Under the pieces are notes generated by a model that saw nothing but the letters and a program-made list of their open reading frames with translations, made no database searches and was not told the origin of the DNA. Below are positions 24,328 to 34,913 of a stretch of 64,000 nucleotides of DNA, piece after piece. Made by a program: the position numbers and the translations under genes. The DNA comes from an uncultured Methylophilaceae bacterium (lineage in GTDB: Bacteria; Pseudomonadota; Gammaproteobacteria; Burkholderiales; Methylophilaceae), in NCBI GenBank assembly GCA_964470195.1, contig CAYYBG010000003.1, positions 9,012 to 73,011 on the forward strand. The letters run 5' to 3'. The stretch's first letter is position 1; each line of letters begins with the position of its first letter.

Positions 24328-24789
24328 TTAATTGCCTGCATTCCACACATGTGAGAGTGTAACCCACTGGCCTTTGATATTTTTTTCATAAACGCTCGTA
24401 GTAATGCCACCATATATCACTTTTGTACCATCCTGATTTGTAGCTTCAGCACTCCATTTGGCGACTTGGAATAGATTTTTATCATTTCCACCTGCGAAGA
24501 TCACCTGTAGTTGATGATTTTTTAACCCTGCCTGAAAAAAGCCCTTGAACAAACTTTCAATCTCTTGTCGCCCATTCAACGTGGTGCCGTTACCTGGGGA
24601 AAGTAAGGCTTTTTCAGCGTATAAACTAGCGAGCTGCTCAGCATCACCATTATTAAACGCCTGATTCCAATGATTATTCAGCATTTCAATCTTTGATCTT
24701 GTCTCTTCCTCTCCTGCATAAGTAGAACCAGAAGAAATGACACTTAGGGTGATAACGCCAAGAATAGTTTTGATTAGAGATTTCATCAT
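24328..24789 (-). CDS. secreted SnoaL/NTF2-like (DUF4440/SgcJ-type) protein
   Basis: Signal peptide MMKSLIKTILGVITLSVISSGSTYA. The segment I..L...W..AFN.GDAE.LASLY...A is typical of the fold. ATG at 24789. Confidence 0.7.
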   Translation of the reverse strand: MMKSLIKTILGVITLSVISSGSTYAGEEETRSKIEMLNNHWNQAFNNGDAEQLASLYAEKALLSPGNGTTLNGRQEIESLFKGFFQAGLKNHQLQVIFAGGNDKNLFQVAKWSAEATNQDGTKVIYGGITTSVYEKNIKGQWVTLSHVWNAGN

Positions 24790-24957
24790 GTTCCTTTTTG
24801 GTAAGTAAATAAAAAAATTCAAACTTAAATGCAGCATTCTTCGATTAAAAAATACCAAAATAAAGTTTAATAACTACCATTATAGTAAGCTAGCTAACTA
24901 GATGCAACTACTTCAGAATATTTGATGACCCATAAATTAATTTTGGAAAAAGTATCG

Positions 24958-25035
24958 ATGAGTAATTTGAACGAAAAATAGCCACGTTTTCGCGTGGCTA
25001 TTTCATTTATTTGGTGGGAGATCGGGGGGTCGAAC
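24958..25035 (-). repeat. direct repeat A: displaced tRNA-Lys 3' fragment plus terminator hairpin (att-like)
   Basis: The core at 24974-25035 matches 25991-26052 with 4 mismatches in 62 nt. It includes TGGTGGGAGATCGGGGG.TCGAAC (tRNA 3' end) and the ATAGCCAC...GTGGCTAT hairpin. Confidence 0.8.
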
Positions 25036-25063
25036 TTGCCCCTAGAAGTACCTTAGGCTAATC

Positions 25064-25654
25064 CTATACTGAAGTCAGCCTTACTCTCAATATTTGAGCA
25101 ATCTTGTGCTCATTACCTTGGCATGCCTCTTTCATTGCATTAAACAATTCGTCCTGCTCAAGATCAGAATAATCCAAGTCATACCCAACCTCTTTGCAAA
25201 GCTGAGTAATATAGGCACGTTGAGCTCGGCCATTACCCTCTCTGAAAGGGTGAAGCACGTTAATCTCTGAAAGGTAGTGAGCAGCTCTTAGAGAAAAATC
25301 ATCAATGCTTAATCCTTTAAGCCAGTTTTCTTTTTTAAGCATTTCAAAAAGCGTTTTAGCAGCAGATTCGATGTATTGAGCATGCGCAAAACGACTCTCA
25401 CCTCTACTGATATCCACTGTACGGATTTGACCCGCCCAGTCATAAACATCCTGGAAAATATGAAAATGTAATTTCTTGAGGTGTTCTAAATCAAAGTTAC
25501 CCTGAATTGGGTTTTCTTGAAGCTCAACCAAACGAAGCGTCGTGATTTCAGCTTCGAACTGGTCTAGTTTATCTTGATTGGTTAGGCCTAACTTATTTTT
25601 AAGAACTGAACTACTAGGATAGCAATAGATATCTTCTACGCTATATCGAGACAT
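25064..25654 (-). CDS. Fic/DOC family adenylyltransferase toxin (class I, FicT/VbhT-like)
   Basis: Canonical Fic motif HPFREGNGRAQR, i.e. HxFx(D/E)GNGRxxR. The ATG at 25654 overlaps the antitoxin's 3' end by 14 nt. Confidence 0.9.
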   Translation of the reverse strand: MSRYSVEDIYCYPSSSVLKNKLGLTNQDKLDQFEAEITTLRLVELQENPIQGNFDLEHLKKLHFHIFQDVYDWAGQIRTVDISRGESRFAHAQYIESAAKTLFEMLKKENWLKGLSIDDFSLRAAHYLSEINVLHPFREGNGRAQRAYITQLCKEVGYDLDYSDLEQDELFNAMKEACQGNEHKIAQILRVRLTSV

Positions 25655-25823
25655 ATCTCTGTTTTGTGCCCTGAATGATCTCAGAAATGGTTTTTTTGCC
25701 TTGGCTGTAAGCATCAAGCTCTTTTTCAAGGGTGGCACTCACACGCATACCCTCAATGCGAACCGATGCTACCGCATTGCCTACGAAAACTTTCTTAGAA
25801 ATGATGTGCACTGATTTCTTCAT
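25641..25823 (-). CDS. VbhA/FicA-type antitoxin (Fic inhibitory alpha-helix protein)
   Basis: 60 aa with the inhibitory motif S-x-x-x-E-G (ASVRIEG). It lies immediately upstream of, and overlaps, the Fic gene. ATG at 25823. Confidence 0.75.
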   Translation of the reverse strand: MKKSVHIISKKVFVGNAVASVRIEGMRVSATLEKELDAYSQGKKTISEIIQGTKQRYVSI

Positions 25824-25973
25824 AACAGTTTGTATTTTAACATTTATTGCGTATTTTGATACCAAAATACGTGTAAGAATCATACACCTATTGGAATTCA
25901 AATTGTCAAAAGTTTTGACATTCTACTTTTGAGACGTCGCGTATCCCGACAAAAAACCGTCCATCAATTATGT

Positions 25974-26052
25974 ATGAGAAATTTGGACAAAAAAATAGCC
26001 ACATTTTTACGTGGCTATTTCATTTATTTGGTGGGAGATCGGGGGTTCGAAC
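25974..26052 (-). repeat. direct repeat B: 3' end of the intact tRNA-Lys plus its terminator hairpin
   Basis: Counterpart of repeat A. The period between copies is 1016 bp. Confidence 0.8.
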
Positions 26053-26104
26053 CCCGGACAAACGGATTAAGAGTCCGCTGCTCTACCAACTGAGCTAATC
26101 TCCC
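26029..26104 (-). tRNA. tRNA-Lys (anticodon CTT)
   Basis: The reverse complement reads GGGAGATTAGCTCAGTTGGTAGAGCAGCGGACTCTTAATCCGTTTGTCCGGGGTTCGAACCCCCGATCTCCCACCA. Cloverleaf with anticodon loop CTCTTAA and encoded CCA. Confidence 0.95.
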
Positions 26105-26230
26105 AAAATGCGGAAAAACAAGAGGCGGCAATTATCAGGACTATATGCCGAACTGTCAACTTGGACATTGCCCCAACTAAACAGTTTCTTTTTTGCATTT
26201 AGTGACTATTGCACGTCGAGTATTCATTGA

Positions 26231-28233
<2,003 letters not shown>

Positions 28234-28474
28234 TTGTTTACTCCATACTTTTGTTAGGGTTGAGGGTTGTCGAAATCAGTTAGATATTCTCAGCCGATTG
28301 CATAGGCTAGGGAATTATTCGCTAAATTTGGTTTCTATTGCCATTTCTCAAGTGCTGGAAGTTGAGAGCGTCTTATGTATTATACGTTCCCTGCCTCAGC
28401 TTAACTCGTTGCGTTGTGTTAAAATATGCAAGTTTTTTTACTTACGATTTCACCTGTTAATTAGAGAATAGATT

Positions 28475-29722
28475 ATGTTTAGCACCAGTAAAACCTTGAG
28501 CGTCGTTGATCCAGAATTATGGCAATATGTTGAGAGCGAGCGCGTGCGTCAAGATCAACATATTGAGTTGATTGCCTCTGAAAATTACACCAGTCCCGCT
28601 GTGATGCAAGCGCAAGGCTCACAGCTGACCAACAAATATGCTGAAGGCTATCCTGGTAAACGTTTTTACGGTGGCTGTGAATTTGTCGATCAAGTCGAAC
28701 AACTGGCGATTGAACGTATCAAGCAACTGTATGGCGCTGAATACGCTAATGTGCAACCGCACTCTGGCTCGCAAGCCAACCAAGCAGTTTATTTCTCAAT
28801 CTTAAAACCGGGCGATACTGTAATGGGCATGAACCTTGGTCACGGCGGTCACCTGACCCATGGCTCACCTGCCAATCTTTCTGGCAAGCTATTCAACATT
28901 GTGGCTTATGGTCTGAATGACCAAGAAGAAATTGATTATGATGAGATGGAGCGTTTAGCCATCGAGACTAAGCCTAAACTTTTAATTGGTGGTGCTTCAG
29001 CTTATGCTTTGCGCTTCGACTGGGAGCGTATGGCGCAAATCGCCAAAAAAGTGGGTGCCTATTTTATGGTGGATATGGCCCACTACTCTGGTTTGATTGC
29101 TGGTGGCGTTTACCCCAACCCAGTACCACATGCTGACTTTGTTACTTCGACCACCCACAAAACTTTACGTGGTCCTCGTGGAGGCATTATTTTGGCGAAA
29201 GCTGAATACGAAAAAATGCTTAACTCCAATGTTTTTCCCAGCTTACAGGGTGGGCCTTTAATGCACGTGATTGCAGGTAAAGCAGTTGCCTTCCTTGAAG
29301 CCTTGCAGCCTGAATTTAAAGCCTATCAACAGCAAGTGGTTGTCAATGCACGCGTGATGGCGGAGACACTGGCTCAACGTGGTGTTCGCATTATTTCTGG
29401 CCGTACCGAATCCCATGTGTTCTTGGTAGATTTGCGCCCTAAAGGTTTGACTGGCAAAGCAGCAGATGCTTTCCTAGGCCAAGCGCACATCACCGTCAAT
29501 AAGAATGCGATTCCTAACGATCCCGAAAGCCCGTTTGTCACCTCTGGTATTCGTATTGGTTCGCCAGCGATTACCACACGTGGCTTTAAACAAGCAGAAG
29601 CGATTCAAGTGGCGAATCTGATTGCCGATGTATTAGACGATCCAGAAAACAGCGCAGTGATAGAAGCTACCAAACAAAAGGTGCATGCGCTGACTGCCCA
29701 ATTCCCTGTTTACGGCGCCTAA
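28475..29722 (+). CDS. glyA: serine hydroxymethyltransferase
   Basis: [38 protein letters not shown] and the PLP-Lys block [14 protein letters not shown]. Confidence 0.98.
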   Translation: MFSTSKTLSVVDPELWQYVESERVRQDQHIELIASENYTSPAVMQAQGSQLTNKYAEGYPGKRFYGGCEFVDQVEQLAIERIKQLYGAEYANVQPHSGSQANQAVYFSILKPGDTVMGMNLGHGGHLTHGSPANLSGKLFNIVAYGLNDQEEIDYDEMERLAIETKPKLLIGGASAYALRFDWERMAQIAKKVGAYFMVDMAHYSGLIAGGVYPNPVPHADFVTSTTHKTLRGPRGGIILAKAEYEKMLNSNVFPSLQGGPLMHVIAGKAVAFLEALQPEFKAYQQQVVVNARVMAETLAQRGVRIISGRTESHVFLVDLRPKGLTGKAADAFLGQAHITVNKNAIPNDPESPFVTSGIRIGSPAITTRGFKQAEAIQVANLIADVLDDPENSAVIEATKQKVHALTAQFPVYGA

Positions 29723-29763
29723 CTGGCTGAGTGCATCAGTCCTGCGCTTAAAGGAAACCTGCT

Positions 29764-30240
29764 ATGAAATGCCCTTTTTGCGGGACTGAAGATACACAAG
29801 TGATTGACTCTAGGGTCAATGACGAAGGCGATGCTATTCGCCGCCGCCGTCGCTGCAATCATTGCGACAAACGCTTCACTACCTACGAAACCGCTGATTT
29901 GCAACTGCCACAAGTGGTCAAACAAAATGGTACGCGTGAAGAATTTATGCGAGAAAAATTGCGTAGCTCGTTCACCCGGGCACTGCATAAACGCCCCGTT
30001 CCTACAGAATACGTTGACCGTGCCATCGAACATATCGTGCAAAAAATTTTGGCGCGTGGTGAGCGCGAAGTCAGCAGCCGCGATTTAGGTGAGATTGTCA
30101 TGCAAGAATTAAAACTGATGGACAAAGTCGCCTATATTCGTTTTGCCTCGGTATATCGAAGTTTCCAAGATGTCGATGACTTTAGTGATGTGATTCGTGA
30201 CTTGGACAAGCCGATAAAAGCATCGATCAAAAAGTCTTAA
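29764..30240 (+). CDS. nrdR: transcriptional repressor NrdR
   Basis: [15 protein letters not shown] zinc ribbon, RRRRRC..C..RFTTYE, and an ATP-cone. Confidence 0.95.
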   Translation: MKCPFCGTEDTQVIDSRVNDEGDAIRRRRRCNHCDKRFTTYETADLQLPQVVKQNGTREEFMREKLRSSFTRALHKRPVPTEYVDRAIEHIVQKILARGEREVSSRDLGEIVMQELKLMDKVAYIRFASVYRSFQDVDDFSDVIRDLDKPIKASIKKS

Positions 30241-30243
30241 GCC

Positions 30244-31377
30244 ATGATGTGGACCGCTGACGATTATCGCTATATGTCGCAAGCGCTAAAATTAGCGCAA
30301 CAGGGCTTATACAGCACCAGCCCCAATCCACGTGTTGGCTGTGTGATTGTTCATCAACAGCAAATCATTGGCCAAGGCGCCCATATTCAAGCAGGTCAAG
30401 CCCATGCTGAAATCATCGCTTTGCGTGACGCCATGCAACATCATCCCGACAAGATTGTTGGCAGTCATGTTTATGTCACGCTAGAGCCCTGCAGTCACCA
30501 TGGTCGAACGCCTCCATGTGCACAAGCCTTGATTGATGCCAAAGTCGGCAAAGTGATTGCTGCGACTGAGGATGCAAATCCTTTGGTGGCTGGTCAAGGT
30601 TTGGCGCTGCTCAAACAAGCGGGCATTGAAACCACAGTGGGGCTTTTACAAGCGCAAGCCGAGGCCTTGAATATTGGCTTTTTTTCTCGCATGCGCAGAC
30701 AACGTCCTTGGCTTAGAGTCAAAATTGCAGCCAGCCTTGATGGCAAAACTGCGCTTGCCAATGGTCAAAGTGCTTGGATTACCAGCCCTGAAGCACGCTT
30801 GGACGTACAGCATTGGCGTGCCCAATCTTGTGCCATTTTGACTGGCATAGGCACTGTGCGACATGACAACCCCAGGCTTAATGTGCGTGACATCAACACC
30901 GCCAGACAACCCCTCAAGGTAGTACTAGACAGCCAACTTAGCATAGCGACAGAGGCACAATTACTCAACACGGGTGATTGCTTGATTGCATATGCACAAG
31001 ATCCACAACAGCGGCAAGCAGCATTATTGCATCAAGCCCAGCGAGTTGGTGCGAGCTTAACTTTGCTGCAACTCAGCAACGCCCAGCAACAAGTCGAACT
31101 AAGCGCATTAATGGCCCATCTGGCCCAGTTGGGTATCAACGAAGTATTGGTCGAAGCCGGTAGCCGCTTGAATGGCGCTTTATTACAAGCCCAATTAGTC
31201 GATGAGTTGATTGTCTATCTCGCCCCACAATTGATGGGCGGACAAAGCATAGAAATGTTTGCCGCACCGATACTACAACAGATGCAATCCTGTATCGCCT
31301 TGCAATGGCAGGATGTGCGTCAAGTTGGACGTGATCTACGTCTGATATTACGGCCACAGTACCATGATGCTGATTGA
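30244..31377 (+). CDS. ribD: bifunctional riboflavin biosynthesis deaminase/reductase
   Basis: Deaminase motifs HAE and LEPCSHHGRTPPC, with a reductase C-terminal half. Conserved glyA-nrdR-ribD order. Confidence 0.93.
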   Translation: MMWTADDYRYMSQALKLAQQGLYSTSPNPRVGCVIVHQQQIIGQGAHIQAGQAHAEIIALRDAMQHHPDKIVGSHVYVTLEPCSHHGRTPPCAQALIDAKVGKVIAATEDANPLVAGQGLALLKQAGIETTVGLLQAQAEALNIGFFSRMRRQRPWLRVKIAASLDGKTALANGQSAWITSPEARLDVQHWRAQSCAILTGIGTVRHDNPRLNVRDINTARQPLKVVLDSQLSIATEAQLLNTGDCLIAYAQDPQQRQAALLHQAQRVGASLTLLQLSNAQQQVELSALMAHLAQLGINEVLVEAGSRLNGALLQAQLVDELIVYLAPQLMGGQSIEMFAAPILQQMQSCIALQWQDVRQVGRDLRLILRPQYHDAD

Positions 31378-32167
31378 TAGCCATTGCCATCTGGATGCAG
31401 CAGAATTTAATGGGCAGCAAGCGCAACTGATTGCCCAAGCGCAAGCCGCTGGTGTGCAATACATCGTGGTGCCAGCAGTCGATCAGCCCAGCTTTGCACG
31501 TGTCAGTGCTTTGGCGCAGTCGCCGCACTGTGTATATGCCTTGGGTATTCATCCCATGTATATCATGCCAGCCACAGCACAAGACTTAGACGCTTTAGAT
31601 CATTTACTTGCTCAGGCTGACCCGAGATTGGTGGCCATCGGTGAAATAGGCCTCGATTATTTTGTTGACTCGCTAGAGCGCGAGAAACAACAGACGTTTT
31701 TCGTTGCGCAACTGAAACTGGCACAACGTTATCAGCTACCCGTTATTTTGCACGTTCGTCAGGCGATTGATGATGTACTCAAATATTTACGTCGTTACCC
31801 TGTCATCGGTGGTATTGCCCATGCTTTTAATGGCAGTATGCAACAAGCGCAGCAATTCATTGATTTAGGCTTTAAGTTAGGCTTTGGCGGTGCTTGCACG
31901 TATAGCCGTGCAACTAAAATTCGTCACTTGGCCAGCAGTTTGCCACTGGAAAGTATGGTACTGGAAACCGATGCTCCAGATATCCCCCCAGCATGGCTGA
32001 ATAATGATGAATATAATCAACCAGCTCAGCTAGTAAAAATTGCACAAGTGATCTCTCAATTAAGGGGCATTCCAATGTCGCAAGTGGCTGAAATTACAAC
32101 AAAGAATGTACAACAAATTTTGCCCAAATTAGCTCAGTTATGCACACCAGCTAAAGTGCTACTTTAA
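31364..32167 (+). CDS. TatD family metal-dependent hydrolase
   Basis: IDSHCHLD start motif, GEIGLDY, LETDAP. Confidence 0.85.
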   Translation: MMLIDSHCHLDAAEFNGQQAQLIAQAQAAGVQYIVVPAVDQPSFARVSALAQSPHCVYALGIHPMYIMPATAQDLDALDHLLAQADPRLVAIGEIGLDYFVDSLEREKQQTFFVAQLKLAQRYQLPVILHVRQAIDDVLKYLRRYPVIGGIAHAFNGSMQQAQQFIDLGFKLGFGGACTYSRATKIRHLASSLPLESMVLETDAPDIPPAWLNNDEYNQPAQLVKIAQVISQLRGIPMSQVAEITTKNVQQILPKLAQLCTPAKVLL

Positions 32168-32300
32168 CATTTGGAAAAAAATGTCAATAATCCAATAACA
32201 TACAGTAAGTTATTGTTTTTTATAAGGAAAATATCAGATTATTTTTTAAGCGATTTAAAAAAACCTATATAAAATCATGAGTTACAATTTTATGACACAA

Positions 32301-32335
32301 CAATCCACACTTTTATCCACAGATTTTGTGGATTG
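32301..32335. promoter_or_regulatory. cluster of three DnaA-box-like 9-mers
   Basis: CAATCCACA (32301-32309), perfect consensus TTATCCACA (32313-32321), and inverted TGTGGATTG (32327-32335). They sit in a 221-bp AT-rich intergenic region upstream of mtnA. Confidence 0.45.
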
Positions 32336-32388
32336 TCTTTTTGCATTCATAAAGTGTTTTAACTTGCAAGGGTTTTTACAATTTTTTT

Positions 32389-33498
32389 ATGAAAATTAAT
32401 ACAAAAAATTATCGTACCATTTGGCATCAATGGCTTAGCCAAACTGATGGCAAAAACAAAACCTTGGTTGTTGAATATATTAATCAAAATAAATTGCCAC
32501 ATCAGTTAGTCACCGAACAAGCTCACAGCTATCAACAAATCATCCATGCGATTACCAGTATGCAGGTAAGAGGCGCACCACTAATAGGTGCAAGTGGCGC
32601 TTATGGGATGGCCTTGGCTTGTGCAGACGACCCTAGCGATCAAGGACTAACTCAAGCGGCACATGCGTTAATCAGCGCACGTCCAACTGCGGTCAACCTG
32701 AGTTGGGCTGTCAACCGTCTGCTACAGGCGTTATTAGCGCAAGCTGAGTCAGTCCGTTTTGCATATGCGGTCGATCAGTGTAGTCAACTCTGTGATGAGG
32801 ATGTAGCGCTCAATCAAGCCATCGGCCAACATGGCTTATCATTGATACAAAGCTTAGCGCAGGCCAAACCATTTCAGCCACTGCATATCCTTACTCACTG
32901 CAATGCAGGCTGGTTAGCCACGGTGGATTGGGGTACAGCCCTTGCTCCGATTTATGCAGCTTATGATGCAGGCATCGATCTACATGTCTGGGTAGACGAG
33001 ACACGCCCGCGCAATCAAGGGGCGGCACTCACAGCATGGGAGTTGGCTCAACATGGTGTGGCGCACACAGTGATTTGCGACAATGCAGGCGGACATTTGA
33101 TGCAACATGGTCAAGTCGACATGGTCATCGTTGGCGCTGATCGTGTGTCACGTTATGGTGATGTATGCAACAAGATTGGTACTTATCTGAAGGCACTTGC
33201 GGCTCATGCCCATCAAATTCCTTTTTATGCTGCCGTACCATCTCCTACCATCGATTGGCAAATCGAACAGCCGCTTCAACAAATTCCGATTGAAATGCGC
33301 AGTCCCGACGAGGTGCGTTGGATATCTGGCATCGACCCCGATGGTCATATCAAGCGCGTAAATATCTTGCCGGAATCCAGTCCGGCACTCAACCCTGCGT
33401 TTGATGTCACCCCTGCGCATTTGGTAAGCGGGATTATTACCGAGCGTGGGGTATTTGCACCAGCACAATTAGCCGCCGTCTATCAGGAGACAGCATGA
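32389..33498 (+). CDS. mtnA: S-methyl-5-thioribose-1-phosphate isomerase
   Basis: eIF-2B-like family member (MQVRGAPLIGA, HCNAGWLATVDWGTALAPIY, GADRV..GDV.NKIGTY). Confidence 0.9.
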   Translation: MKINTKNYRTIWHQWLSQTDGKNKTLVVEYINQNKLPHQLVTEQAHSYQQIIHAITSMQVRGAPLIGASGAYGMALACADDPSDQGLTQAAHALISARPTAVNLSWAVNRLLQALLAQAESVRFAYAVDQCSQLCDEDVALNQAIGQHGLSLIQSLAQAKPFQPLHILTHCNAGWLATVDWGTALAPIYAAYDAGIDLHVWVDETRPRNQGAALTAWELAQHGVAHTVICDNAGGHLMQHGQVDMVIVGADRVSRYGDVCNKIGTYLKALAAHAHQIPFYAAVPSPTIDWQIEQPLQQIPIEMRSPDEVRWISGIDPDGHIKRVNILPESSPALNPAFDVTPAHLVSGIITERGVFAPAQLAAVYQETA

Positions 33499-34130
33499 GA
33501 GATGCACTACTAGCACTGTGTCAACGCTTAGAACAATTAGGCCTCAATCGAGGCACTTCTGGCAATGTCAGCTTGCGCTGCCCGCAAGGCTTTTGGATTA
33601 CCCCCTCGGGCAAAGCCAACGCTGAATTACAAGCGCAAGATATGGTATTGATGGATCTGCAAGCCAACTGTTTAAGTCCTGGCAAACCGTCTAGTGAATG
33701 GCGTTTTCACCGCGATATTTATCTGGCCAAAGCAGAAGTGCAAGCGGTGGTGCATAGCCACTCTATGTTTGCCACTAGCTTATCTTGCCTACGCAACGAT
33801 ATCCCTGCTTTTCATTATATGATTGCGGTTGCTGGTGGCGACAGCATACGCTGTGCGCCATATGCGCTATTTGGCTCGCAAGCGCTATCTGACCATGCTT
33901 TGCAAGCCTTACAACAACGTCATGCTTGCTTACTTGCCAACCACGGTATGATTGCCACTGGGCGCTCTGCACAACATGCGCTTAGTGTGGCATTAGAAGT
34001 AGAAACACTATGCGAGCAATATTGGCGGGCTTTGCAAGTGGGTCAGCCGCATCTACTGAGTCATCAGGAGATGCAGCAGGTGTTTGAGCAATTTAAAGAT
34101 TATGGCGATTGGGGCAAAAATAACGCCTGA
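33495..34130 (+). CDS. class II aldolase/adducin family protein, FucA-like (candidate 5-deoxy/5-methylthio-ribulose-1-P aldolase)
   Basis: Collinear with E. coli FucA (LGLNRGTSGNVSLR, PSSEWRFH, VVHSHS, IPAFHYMIAVAGG..I.CAPYA.FG, LLANHG). 4-nt overlap with mtnA. Confidence 0.85.
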   Translation: MRDALLALCQRLEQLGLNRGTSGNVSLRCPQGFWITPSGKANAELQAQDMVLMDLQANCLSPGKPSSEWRFHRDIYLAKAEVQAVVHSHSMFATSLSCLRNDIPAFHYMIAVAGGDSIRCAPYALFGSQALSDHALQALQQRHACLLANHGMIATGRSAQHALSVALEVETLCEQYWRALQVGQPHLLSHQEMQQVFEQFKDYGDWGKNNA

Positions 34131-34144
34131 TTATCATGCGCCGA

Positions 34145-34876
34145 TTAAACACACCAATCTGCATCAGGTAACTGATGGAATACTTGTTTCAAGCCCTCTG
34201 ACCAGCCTTTTCTTAATACCTGATAATAGGCATCATGTTCGGTCACGCGCTGATAACACTCAGTATGCAAACTGTCGGTTCGATAAACCAGTAAATCAAT
34301 AGGAGCACCAACTGAGATATTACTTTTGATGGTCGAATCAAACGATATCAAGGTACATTTCACTGCATCCATCATCGACGTATCGGCTTGTATCACACGG
34401 TCAATAATCGGTTTGCCATACTTGGTTTCGCCTATCTGAAAATAGGGCGTTTCTTGGCTAGCCTCAATAAAATTGCCAGCGTTGTAGATATTAAATAAGC
34501 GTGGACGCTCACCTTTAATTTGCCCTGCCACTAGGATACTGGCATGAAATTCTGCTTGGTGATGCTTTAGATGCTCAGCATCACGTTTAAATACCTCACG
34601 CACCTGGTCACCGACCAACTCTGCGACTTCAAACATTGAGTTGGCATTATATAAATGGCGCTGATGATCTTGCTCGAGCATTGCTTGTAAGCGTGTCACT
34701 ACTGATTGTGTAATCGCCAAATTACCTGCTGTCAGCAATACAATCACTCGCTCTCCCTTGACTTCAAATCTGTGCATCTTGGGAAATATCGCCACTTGGT
34801 CAACACCGGCGTTGGTGCGAGTATCCGACGCCAATACCAAGCCTTCATTCAATAACAAACCCACGCAATAGGTCAT
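34145..34876 (-). CDS. proteasome-like Ntn-hydrolase peptidase Anbu (ancestral beta subunit)
   Basis: MTYCVGLLLNEGLVLASDTRTNAG N-terminus. About 243 aa. Last gene of the ATP-grasp/alpha-E/transglutaminase operon. Confidence 0.85.
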   Translation of the reverse strand: MTYCVGLLLNEGLVLASDTRTNAGVDQVAIFPKMHRFEVKGERVIVLLTAGNLAITQSVVTRLQAMLEQDHQRHLYNANSMFEVAELVGDQVREVFKRDAEHLKHHQAEFHASILVAGQIKGERPRLFNIYNAGNFIEASQETPYFQIGETKYGKPIIDRVIQADTSMMDAVKCTLISFDSTIKSNISVGAPIDLLVYRTDSLHTECYQRVTEHDAYYQVLRKGWSEGLKQVFHQLPDADWCV

Positions 34877-34913
34877 ATACTCCTCTCAATCTTTATTTTA
34901 ATAATGTGAATAT

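Larger units (their letters stand above)
24958..26052 (-). mobile_element. tRNA-Lys-associated mini-island (integrase-less) carrying a Fic toxin/antitoxin pair
   Basis: It is bounded by ~78-bp imperfect direct repeats. Each repeat contains the last ~24 nt of tRNA-Lys plus the tRNA's downstream terminator hairpin. Only two genes lie between them. Confidence 0.55.

Noticed and set aside
32168-32388. The DnaA-box cluster interpreted as the chromosomal origin (oriC).
   Set aside because: Flanking genes do not diverge from this point: glyA through tatD on the left and mtnA on the right are all on the plus strand. Only three boxes are present and I saw no GATC clustering. I kept it as a DnaA-binding or regulatory candidate only.
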